Source of the DNA: Tubiluchus corallicola
Lineage: Eukaryota; Animalia; Priapulida
Length of the DNA stretch: 48,149 bases
Reading direction: 5' to 3'
Assembly (NCBI GenBank): GCA_030141605.1
Contig: JAQGDQ010000653.1
Coordinates: forward strand, 1-48,149
Every line of letters starts with the position of its first letter. Positions within the stretch are counted from its first letter, which is position 1. Of this stretch, positions 1-9,752 are shown one piece after another. Under the pieces are notes generated by a model. The model was not told the origin of the DNA. It did no database searches and worked only from the letters and a program-made list of their open reading frames with translations. A program made the position numbers and the translations under genes.

Positions 1-240
1 ACCTACGTCAAGGGAGCAGAGATGTACGATTTCGTCAAAAAACATCTCCCCAAAAATCGCGTGGTCATACGCGTAGAGGATCTGGAAAGCGAGCACCCGC
101 CGCCCGCCATACGTTGGCAGAGCAACGGACGAGGCAGAGCGGTTCGGGCATCCGAAACGATTGCCAACTACATTCTAACGTGTCAGTCCAAACAGTCAAC
201 ATCGTCGCCACGGCTTCGTTCTCGCAGCGCTTCGATCTGA
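1..240 (+). CDS. 3' part of a probable Polinton-type ORF (5'-truncated by the window edge)
   Basis: Frame 1 is open from base 1: TYVKGAEMYDFVKKHLPKNRVVIRVEDLE..., TGA at 238-240. The YVKGxE...V(E/N)DLE pattern resembles, from memory, the C-terminal part of a small conserved DEDD-nuclease-like protein of animal Mavericks. Not verified by search. Confidence 0.45.
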   Translation, partial: TYVKGAEMYDFVKKHLPKNRVVIRVEDLESEHPPPAIRWQSNGRGRAVRASETIANYILTCQSKQSTSSPRLRSRSASI

Positions 241-761
241 ACGAACTCTGGCAGAGAACGGGCGGAAGACGCTACGAAAGGAAACCGCAAATGCTTCTGC
301 TAAAGCGACTGGGCGGGACGCTGATGATTTTTGCCTCCGGCTCCGTTGTCGCCAACGGTTTTTCGGAGGAAAAAGTACTACGCAATGCGATCGAAGAACT
401 CTCGAAAGGTCTCGGACTGACGCCCGCCGACGGGATCGCAATTCGCACCATCACCGCCAGAGCCAAAATTCGCTGCAGATTGAAACTGGGTGCACTGTAC
501 GAAGAACTCGTTCGTCCTTCGACGCATTCTTTTAGAGAAGTGTTTTACGAAGTGGAACTATTTCCCAAACTAACTTGCAAATGCGAGCAAATTACTCTGA
601 ACATTTTTCACACCGGAAGCATAATAATGATGGGCGGGACAAAGGTCGAGGATTTCTCTCGCGTTTTCCGCAAATTTAACGAATTCGTTTTTAACAACAA
701 TAACGTTTGTCTGTATCACATCGACGACAATCCATGTACTCGCTCGTCGTCATTAGTGTAG
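114..761 (+). CDS. Divergent TATA-box-binding protein (TBP/TRF)-like protein, intronless; true start uncertain (frame open back to base 3)
   Basis: Two TBP half-repeats. VNIVATASFSQRFDL...TLMIFASGSVVANGFSEE parallels TBP QNIVSTVNLGCKLDL...TALIFSSGKMVCTGAKSEE. FYEVELFPKL...TLNIFHTGSIIMMGGTK parallels SYEPELFPGL...VLLIFVSGKVVLTGAK. Stop TAG at 759-761, AATAAA at 909-914. Confidence 0.85.
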   Translation: MAEQRTRQSGSGIRNDCQLHSNVSVQTVNIVATASFSQRFDLNELWQRTGGRRYERKPQMLLLKRLGGTLMIFASGSVVANGFSEEKVLRNAIEELSKGLGLTPADGIAIRTITARAKIRCRLKLGALYEELVRPSTHSFREVFYEVELFPKLTCKCEQITLNIFHTGSIIMMGGTKVEDFSRVFRKFNEFVFNNNNVCLYHIDDNPCTRSSSLV

Positions 762-908
762 TTTTACTGTAATTTGCGTAATTTGTGTAATTTGCGAAAA
801 AAACGTAAAATGTAGAACTATCACGTCACCATAATAATAATAATAATCTAGTTTTAGCACGTATGTATTTTGCATAAAAAATGTAAAAAATTTTTTTTGT
901 AATCCATC

Positions 909-914
909 AATAAA
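909..914 (+). terminator. Candidate polyadenylation signal for the TBP-like gene
   Basis: AATAAA ~150 nt after the stop codon in AT-rich sequence; a second AATAAA at 955-960. Confidence 0.4.
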
Positions 915-965
915 AAAGATTTGTGAAAATGCATTTATCGAACTTTGGCGTTTGAAATAAATCTC

Positions 966-966
966 C

Positions 967-1015
<49 letters not shown>

Positions 1016-1710
1016 TCTAAACCCGCGAGAGAAGTGGTCGCGGAAAAGGGAGGGCACCCGAGAGAGAGAAGTGGTCGCGGAAAAGGGCCGGCACTGCGCG
1101 AGTGGGGGAAAAAGATTTCCCTCATTGCCTGCAGTGGACAATTCCACGCGACGGAGGGGTGGGTTGCAGGGGGGTCCCCGACCCCCGGGACGGACGTTTG
1201 CACGCGGCGGAGGGGTGGCAGGGGGCTCCCCAATTAGCGCCAATTAGCACTAATTAGTCCTCGGCGGGAACTCCACTTCTCCCTTTTTCTTCGTTTGAGG
1301 CGCTTTTTACCTCGTTTCACACACTTTCACATGCTTTCACGCACTTTCACACACTTTCACATGCTTTCGCGCGCTTTCGCGCGGTTTAAAATGGGGCGTC
1401 AAAAAAAGAAGCCATCTAGGGGTCAATGAACTTTGGTCACGTGACCTAGAGTTCAAGGTCATTCGATCCAAATGAAGCCATGCGGGAGGGAAAAACTGCA
1501 AAATTTTTACCTCGTTTCACACGCCTTTTCTTCGTTTTTCTTTGTTTTTCGCGCTTTTTCGTCGATTTCGGTCACGTGCGCACTTTCACACGGGTTTTCA
1601 CACTTTTTTAGGGGTTTTCCCGGATTTTCGCACTTTTTTAGGGGTGTTCCCCCCCCGGGCAGCCAAAGGGGGCGTGGCAAATCGGCCAGAGGCAAAACAT
1701 CTATACTACT
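966..1710. repeat. Repeat-rich subterminal region / putative terminal inverted repeat of the Polinton
   Basis: (CA)n 966-1015; 24-bp direct repeat GAGAGAAGTGGTCGCGGAAAAGGG at 1027-1050 and 1064-1087; G-rich imperfect repeat at 1145-1179 and 1201-1231; AATTAG x3 at 1232-1257; 10-bp CTTTCACACA-type tandem units ~1315-1381; TTTTTACCTCGTTTCACAC near 1304 and 1504; palindrome GGTCACGTGACC 1435-1446; CACTTTTTTAGGGGT at 1601 and 1631. Confidence 0.75.
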
Positions 1711-2483
1711 ATCGGATGTTAAATTTTGACCCCATGTAGATGTAGCGCTATATCACACCAAGTTACAGGCATATCATTTACACAAGGAGATGAGCTCCTC
1801 TTCTGTGACAGCAGAGTCTTTCCTAACAACAAAAGCTGTTGGTAGTTCATGATGGGGAAGATCGGGAATTGCTGTTACAGCTGCGTCAGTGACTCAGTGA
1901 CTCAACAATACGCTGAGGCTTACTCAGTTTTATTATAATGAGTGAACCTCTTAATGACAAGTAAAGAATTAATGTATTTGAAGTGTGAAGGGCATGATAT
2001 GGTTGAATGATGTGCTATGTACATCGTGCTGTGTGAGTTGTCGTTGAAGGTATACAAACAAAACTGGGGTCTGGCTAGCAATTTATTACTGATTCGCGAT
2101 TATAACTTCTAGCTTCACATTAATAAACGGTTTTCAACAACAGGGGGCAAAAATATGAAGCTTAGTTACGTTGTTTCCCACATTTTGCGGATATGCGGAT
2201 ACGAGGCTATTCAATTTCACTCAATCCGCAGATTTTGCGTTTGCAAACAACCAAGAATGTGATATTCGCCAATCTGCCATCTCTGGGTACGTGTTCCGTG
2301 TAAGAACGTCACGAAATGTTGGAAATCTACATTTGACTTAACGTAGGTCTACATTTGACATGTAAAACCTATAATGTGCTAACATACCATGTGAAACACA
2401 CCCAAAGCACTTACAACTCTTTTATGACGCTTACATCATATGAACTCCCATCACTGCATCGCTGTTCCTCATCAAGGCTCTAA

Positions 2484-2710
2484 ACCAAGAACGCCAAGCC
2501 GCCATGATGCCATGCCGCCAAGAACGCCAGGCCGCCCAGAATGCCAAACCGCCAAGAATGCCAAGCCGCCAAGCTGCCAAGAACGCCAAGCTTCCAAGAA
2601 TGCCAAGCCGCCAAGCTGCCAAGAACGCCGAGCTGCCAAGAATGCCAAGCCACCAAGCTGCCAAGACCGCCAAGCTGCCAACAATGCCAAGCCGCAAAGA
2701 ATGCCAAGCG
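2484..2710. repeat. Minisatellite of 8-9-bp CCAAG monomers with a 42-bp higher-order unit
   Basis: CCAAGAATG-CCAAGCCG-CCAAGCTG-CCAAGAACG-CCAAGCT(T/G) repeated about 3 times with degenerate flanks; explains the overlapping ORFs on both strands. Confidence 0.9.
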
Positions 2711-4741
2711 AGAATGATTGACAGACAGATAAAACGCATCTTATATATTTTGCTGACGCCTTTTGAGCTTCCTTTGATAAAGTTAGTTGTAATTTCGCGG
2801 CGTCCTCGTCGCTGATGTTAGATCTTGATGATTTGAAAGCCATGATATAATGTGCTCCAGGGTAGCACGCAAATCTTGCATCTTCAACCTGGTCACCCAA
2901 TCACAGAGAATAAATAAATCATCCCTTTGTCTGACCGCCACCGATCAGGTATTACACAACGTATTAGTAAATAAGTGCCACTGTCTATGAGAATGTCTAA
3001 CCAACAAACATTGTATGATTGCGAGAAGTCTTACAGATATGAACACAATGGCATTGACCTGAGCTGAGGCTTTCTTTTAAGAGAGTAATTTTAACTGTCA
3101 GGTTGAAAGGAGCTAGGTCTTATATACGCTGTGAAACTCACGTCGGCGATCCAAAAAACACCAACAGTCATTATCATTTAAGCAACAAGGAAATGACCAA
3201 CAGGACAAATGCATAAATTAACGAACAAATAAAGAACTGAAGTAGTGAAGTATGCAAAGAAGGAAGAAGTGAACATACAACCGAATGAAAGAAGGAACGA
3301 ATAAGTGAATAGATGAATCAAAACGACGAATGAGCGAACGAGCAAACAAATGAAGAAGCAAATGAGCGACTAATATATGATTATGTGAGAAGCGTACTGG
3401 ATTATAATGTATCACTATAAACAAAGGTGAAATAGCGAATTTTATAATGAACATAAAAACCTTTTGTGGTCTTGAAACGTGCGATTTAATGTTCCTTGAA
3501 CATCAGGCATGAAACTGATGAATATACACACATTAATAGACAAATTGCCTTTCGCTGATGGTGATAAATCTTTATTTTTGTACATAATACGCATACAATA
3601 GCTTTATTGCCAATACTTGCATACAATAGCTTTATTTCCAAAATTTGCAATATAATGACATATACATTTGAGTATATGGCATCTAGGTAGGTATACATAT
3701 ATAGTTACGTAGGTTTAATGAAAGTACAAAGTAACTGAAAACATAATCAAATAATTATAACCGCATGTGTTAAAATAAGGGTGCATTGCGTCATGAACAA
3801 GCAGGTCAACATTGAATACACCATTTTTATACTAGACGATATCTTACAAACTTCAAAGCTGAGCCGCCAGGGCTTCCGACGGGTCTCTGTTGGTGAATAA
3901 TATGACGAATGTAGGTATGTACGCGTTTTAAAGACCTGGAATCTTTAAGAGCTCAGGATAGGAGTAAAAATGTACAATAATGAATGACTCTAAAACTATA
4001 GAGTTATGAAACTTGGTGGGTAGACACCTGGGAGTTTTGTTAGGGCTCGTACAATGGTAAAATTTACTTTATTTAAGAGCCAGAGATAGTAGTGAAAATG
4101 TGACAATTTGGGCATGCACCTTTAATTCATGTTAACTCACAAACGCAGAGGCTGGACACATGAAACTTACAGACTAGACGTGCTAAGGACCTTGAAAACG
4201 GTGTGAACCGCACAACCTTTGTCAAAAGGTAAGGACACTGGACGTCCGCAGGGGCGGATCCAGAATTTTTGAGAGAGAGCGGTCCAAATGCAACCAAGGA
4301 GAAAGGCAGGTGCAAGGGCTGCGGAAGCGTAGGCAACTTCCTCGGCTTCTCAGCTACGAGGTCTAGCCCATTTTAAGCCTTCTGAAGCATACTTGAAATA
4401 GTGAATAAATTTTATTTTGTTCTATTAAGAATATAAACGTATTCATTTTCTTTTGGAATTTGTAAAATAAATATTTCGTGCATAATGTAAGATGAATCAT
4501 AAAACCATTCATCCTTTTACAGATTTAATTTAATCGCACCACTGAGGGCAAAGCTTTGTCAAACAGTGAGTAAAAACAATTGAAATTGAACAATCAAACT
4601 ATTATAGTGACGTTATAGTGCAAAATATAAATGTTCTTATGCAATGATCAGTACTGCAAAAGATGCCTGATGTAATCAAGATTCAGGATACGTGAATAAC
4701 TAGAAAGCTTAAATGCCGATTTATAGGCGATTTTGCTATCA

Positions 4742-4926
4742 AGTAATATGCATGATCTTTGTAAGACCACTTTTTACTAGTGGTTCCAAAACTTGTTCGA
4801 AAATCTTTCAATCTCAATTCGAATTCGATTCGGACCACAAATACTAAAAATCGGTTCCTTTAGAATTCGAAAGTCACAAATTCGATTCGACTCGACGTCG
4901 CTTTCGGTAGAGATTGCTCACCCCTT
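4742..4926 (+). mobile_element. Degenerate 3' half of the hAT-type MITE family also present at 44112-44549
   Basis: Colinear similarity with ~44364-44549 (ATGCATGATC.TTGTAAGAC..., AAACTTGTTCGAAA, GAATTCGAAAGTCACAAATTCG, GGTAGAGA.TGCTCACCCCT). Confidence 0.8.
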
Positions 4927-4949
4927 GTGAGTAGTGACTGTATTTACTT

Positions 4950-5123
4950 TCTCCAACGTTTGCCCGGAGCGAAAACGGGATTCATTGGTGCGCCATTGGA
5001 ACAAGTGCAAATTGAAAGCAGGAAAATGGAAATGATGCAGTTGAGGTGAAGCAGTATGGCGTCCATTATAGTATGAGTTTTAGACTGAGTGTTAGACGTG
5101 ATTTGGTATAGTAACTGCCAGAC
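4950..5123 (+). promoter_or_regulatory. Candidate promoter / non-coding first exon of AMDHD2
   Basis: Slightly CpG-richer patch with a YY1-like ATGGCG, ending at a consensus donor AC|GTAAGT (5124-5129). A matching polypyrimidine acceptor TTTATTTCACTTTGCAG ends at 10887, upstream of the AMDHD2 ATG. Inference only; the 5' boundary is approximate. Confidence 0.4.
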
Positions 5124-5249
5124 GTAAGTTTTCTAGACCAAAAAGTTAATCATTGATTGTAAGTGCTTTAGGCCTTTTGCTTAAGATGCGTTAATAACGT
5201 ACTGCCTTTCCAATTGTGTGAGGATGGTAAAATTCATGAATTCTTTTCT

Positions 5250-5474
5250 GAGGACTTAACCGTTCCTAGTCGCTTTAATTTGCCGTCTTTAAATGCTTAT
5301 TCAACATTCACTATATTTAATTATGGAGACATCGACCCAGATAATAACATATTTGCTATGTTTGAGAGTAACTATTATAAGCAGCCGTCACTTAAACTAA
5401 CCTTTCTAATAAATAGTAATATGCAAAAATCTAGCAATGATTTTTTTCCATTGTTCATGTCAACCTTTCTTTAA
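5250..5474 (+). pseudogene. Old LINE ORF2 N-terminal relic (linker before the APE domain)
   Basis: Translates to GDIDPDNNIF...SNYY, resembling the DPD...Y linker preceding APE motif I in CR1/L2-group ORF2 (compare WDPNDPDNYGNNYDSKY in the adjacent LINE). Confidence 0.4.
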
Positions 5475-6457
5475 GATTTTCAAATCGTATCTGTGCAACC
5501 GTACGCAGTTTACAAATTTATCTCAAAATAAATTGTCACTTACTAATATTACCTGTAGAATCCCATAAGATTCTATTGGGACCCCTTATCTGGGCAAAAT
5601 AATGTAATAAAATGAATATATGTAATAAAATAAAAATAAACATTTAGAACACAATATAAAAGTAAACTGGATGTTCACTTCTCCTAGACATAGACATAGA
5701 CATTTCTATTTATCTCCTCATTTACACGTGTATACAAATTGACTAATTATTATTTTTTAGTTATTGATTAAAGAGGATAAATTAAGCATAAAGGAAAGAG
5801 TTAAGGGGGGTGCAGGAGAAAGGGTAGCGAAAGACCAATTGGTCATCGAGTCAGCTACCCTTCTCAGGTTAGTGAAAATTGTAAAAAAATTGTGGTGCTG
5901 CTGTTAACATGAATTTATGGGGGGATACATTAAACATGAAAGCAAAACAACTAAGTAAGCTATGCAATAAAGAAATAAAATGAAAAATATGAAATGATGA
6001 TAAACAAAATATGTAAAGCATTTAACTAACCGATTAAAACAAAAAACTAGAAAAAAGTCAAACCAAAAAAAAACCAAAAAAAACATAAATAATAAATCAG
6101 TGAAAGAAACAAAATATGTAGTAGTAAACTCAAACAAAATATAATAAAAACTTAATAATAACTGTGAAACAATGAGCAAAATAATCATAATAAAGTGAAT
6201 ATATATGAAGTAAGAAAAGCATAATATGGAAGTAAAAATATAAGTGGAGCAGGCACAGTTATAAGAAATTATGTATGAGAAAAACTGTTGTAGTTGCTGG
6301 ATTTGTTTGAAGATTATTGCTTACCTTCCCTTTTCATAGTTGCGAAGAAATAATAACAATTTTACACTTTGATGAGAAGATGTACTATGGTAATATAATT
6401 ATAGATAATAGATTAGGTCAACGGGAAGATTTATCAGATCTGATCTTAGCAGAAAAG

Positions 6458-9400
6458 TCACTCATAGTAGTTAGAAATAAGAAAGGATTTATAGTTAATT
6501 ATCAAATAGCTAAAGGTGCCATTTTTTAGTTCATTAGACAGACTGTTCCACAACAAAGCGCCTTGATAAGATAGAGATCTTTGCCCTTTGTTAGTATTAA
6601 ATCTATGTACATAGAAAGTTTGGTTAGTGGCAAATCGTGTATGATACTCGTGCATCTGGGCTACAGATTTGTAATAATTCTGAAAAATTTCAGGAAGCAT
6701 ATTATGTTTTAACCTATATAAAAATTTGGCCATCTCTAATTTATATATATCCTGAAGTTTTAAGATTTTATGCTGGTGGTATAAAGGTGTAACATGGGCT
6801 CTTCTATTTGTATTCGTCCAAAGCTTTATAAATTTATTTTGATTTGTAATTAGGGGATACAATGTGGAATGGGGTGCTGAGCCATAGGTAAGTATGCTGT
6901 ATTCTAAATACGGTGAAAATAGGGAAGAATATAGAAGTTTTTTTGAATCATAATTCAGAAAATGCCTAACTTTTGAAAAAATACCTATAATTTTACTGGT
7001 TTTGTTAACAATATATTGTATATGTGCTTTCCATGAAAGATTGTGATCTATTAATACTCCTAGATATTTTATTTGATGTACAGATTGTATCCTGGTATTT
7101 CCCATTGTCAAATTTAATGTTAAATTTTTTACTTTTCTAGGATTACCAATTATCATATATTTTGTTTTGGAATAGTTTATAGAAATCCGGTTGGCTCTCA
7201 TCCATAGGTCTACCTTTGCTAGTTCAACATTAAGAAATTCTTCTAGGTGACTTATGTTAGTATCAGAACTGAAAAAGTTAGTATCATCAGCAAAAAGTCT
7301 AGTATGTAATTGGGTATTTGAAGGGAGATCATTTATGTAGAGTAAGAAAAAAAGGGGACCAAGAGTTGAGCCTTGAGGAACACCACACTGCACATTTACC
7401 AGATCTGAGTTTTTATTCTCGATAGATGTATGTTGTTTTGTATTGTGTAAATATGACTGCAGCAATTGAAGAGGCAGGCCTCTGATACCATAGTGTTCAA
7501 GTTTGGCTAGTAAAATATCATGTTGTACAGTATCAAAGGCCTTAGACAAATCTAAAAATATGGCACAGGTGTACTTATTGTGATCCATATTTAGTAACAG
7601 ATTGTCTATAAGTTCAGCAATAGCTAGGGCTGTGCAGTATCTTTTGCGAAACTCAAACTGAAATCTAGAGAGAATTTTGTTGTCGTTTATAAATTTAGTT
7701 AGTCTGTCATAAAGACTGTAGGGGAAATACAGAGACCAGCTGATTTGTAAAAAGATATAGGAATGTTTTCATGACCGGAGGCTTTATTCTGATTTAAATT
7801 ATTTATTGCTGTATTTACTTCAGCTTCAATAATGGGTGTTAAGAAAAACGAGTTTGGCAAATGACGTCCTAGAAAAGACTGAAATGACAGTTGTGTGGGT
7901 TGTATTTTAGATGCTATACAAGGACCAATGGAAGCAAAAAAAGTGTTCATGACTTGACAGATATCAGTTATATCACTTGAGAGAATGCCATCTTTGTACA
8001 CCTTTTTTGGTGTTATGCGTTGTTGCAATTTAGCATTTATTAAACTATTTATGGTCGACCAAAGTTTCTTTGTGTTATTTTTACTATTTTGCAAGGTTTC
8101 TTGATAGTACCTTTTTTTCTAAATATTTTATATGGTTAAGTTTGTTCGAATAAACTTTGTATTTATTTCTATTATAAACATTGTTAGAGTTTTTAAATGT
8201 ATTAAACAGTTGGCTTCTAGTTTTAATAGATTTCAGTATGCCTGGTGTTATCCATGGCTTGTGAAAAGTTACCACTTCACGTCTTGATAGAGTTTTTGGA
8301 GGCACATGTGCATTGAGAACTAGAATGAATGTTTGAAAAAACTGATTAAAGGCCTCATTAGTAGATAAGTAAGAATAATCAATAGAATTAATTTGTGCGT
8401 GCAGTTCATTTAAAAAGGCAGAGGAATTAAAGTTAGTTTTATCTCTAATTGTAATTTTAGTTTTCTGTCTAGTCAGATTAGCATTTTTGACAATTGCGAA
8501 AATAGGCAAGTGGTCCGCCACTTCATAAGTTATAATACCCGATACAATAGGATTAATCAGATCATTAGTATAGATATGGTCTATTAGGGTACTAGAGTTT
8601 TTTGATATTCTTGTTGGTCTTGTAATTAGAGGAACAAATTGAGTAGAAAATAACACATTTAAGTTATTAGAAATATATGGTATGCTCTCGAACTGAAGTA
8701 AATTTAGATTAATGTCACCACATATGTAAGCTATAGTACCAGATTGTTGAATAGCAGTTAATACACGGTCCATTTCCTCTATAAAATGTGTAACAGGTGT
8801 ATTTGGATGTCTATATATAAGGCCAAATAATATACTCTTCGAATTGTTTAATGTTGATACGCGGATCCAGAGATCTTCTAAATTAATTTTTGAGATTTCA
8901 GTTAATAATTTGCCCTGCCTGTTTACTTTGGTTATTTCTTTTTCAGTCACTATTTTATATGAATTATTTATAGAGTAGTTTAAATTATCTCTAATATAGA
9001 CACCGATGCCACCAGCATTGGATTTAGAATTAATACTCAGAAAAACGTAGTTGTTCAAGTTGCACATAAATGATGAATTATCTTTTAACCTAGTCTCAGA
9101 GACGGCGATGATTTCGGGCGGTTGAGGAAAAGTACTGAGGACGTCAGTCATGTTACCAAAATGTTTTTGCAAGCTACTTACATTAAAGTGAACTATTAGT
9201 AAATCCGAAGTATTTTTGTTATAATTAGAAGTTGACTTGAGAGTATTTAGATTAACATACTTACTATCGTAGTTGTTCCCATAATTATCTGGGTCATTTG
9301 GATCCCACCTGTTAGTTGATAGCGAAGAGCACTCGGACAGACAAGACAGTGACAGAGAGTTAGTTAAAGGAGAAGTCACAGAAAACAAATCATCAATTTC

Positions 9401-9607
9401 GTCATCTTCACAGCTCTGAAAAGGGAAAATAGACTTTATACATGAAATACAGTAATAGGGGTCATTGCTAGAACCTAGTTGTAAAAATTGATCCATAGTC
9501 AAACAAGAACACTTATAATTTGACCAAAGATTGCAGCAATTACACAGTATACAATACTGGTTTGATTTACATTGTTTAGTGCAGACAGAACAAGGAAAAC
9601 GGATCAT
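6458..9607 (-). pseudogene. LINE ORF2 (PHD finger, APE endonuclease, reverse transcriptase), broken by frameshifts and an internal deletion
   Basis: PHD-like CSVC..CILCNCC..YYCISC. APE motifs HFNVSSL, AVSETRL, GGIGVYI, YRHP, CGDINLN, PTR, TLIDHIY, ADHLPI. RT motifs DLSKAFDTV, GVPQGSTLGP, LFADDT, KYLGV. Frame breaks near 8110 and 7715. Confidence 0.93.
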
Positions 9608-9752
9608 TAATAGCAATATTTGAATATGAAGTTAAGCAATTAAGGAGATAAATAAAAAATACAATAGTCAAAGCTATAATACAAAAATATAATAGTTTTA
9701 TATGAACACGTACCTATATTATGATATTACAGAAATTTTCTTGGCTAAGTTA

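Larger units (their letters stand above)
1..1710. mobile_element. Right end of a probable Maverick/Polinton (virus-like DNA transposon); remainder lies upstream of the window
   Basis: A CpG-rich segment with tightly packed intronless ORFs switches to AT-rich host-like DNA right after ...CTATACTACT (ACTACT at 1705-1710), the canonical Polinton 3' terminus (5'-AGTAGT...ACTACT-3'). It is preceded by ~750 bp of short tandem/direct repeats as seen in Polinton termini. ATCGGA (1711-1716) would be the 6-bp TSD. The left end and core genes (pPolB, integrase, capsid) are not in the window. Confidence 0.68.

Noticed and set aside
1027-1645. Paired direct repeats as a possible CRISPR-like array
   Set aside because: Each repeat occurs only 2-3 times, without regular unique spacers or cas genes, in a eukaryotic context.
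753-1739. Eight short ORFs (CVCVCV, HTHTHT, GC-rich) in the Polinton terminal region
   Set aside because: They are translations of (CA)n and GC-rich repeats with no recognisable domains.
2431-2900. Five overlapping ORFs with AKNAKPP/LAAW repeats
   Set aside because: Explained by a stop-free 42-bp minisatellite; the unique part (2760-2900) matched nothing I recognise.
3823-4370. Possible Helentron/DINE-like non-autonomous element plus a CAGGGGCGGATCCAG MITE start at 4249
   Set aside because: Suggestive motifs and one short internal repeat, but no defensible boundaries or partner termini.
4795-4900. GAA/TTC-rich cluster as heat-shock elements upstream of AMDHD2
   Set aside because: Spacing is mostly TTCGAA/GAATTC without the 2-nt spacer of nGAAnnTTCn; explained as MITE subterminal repeats.
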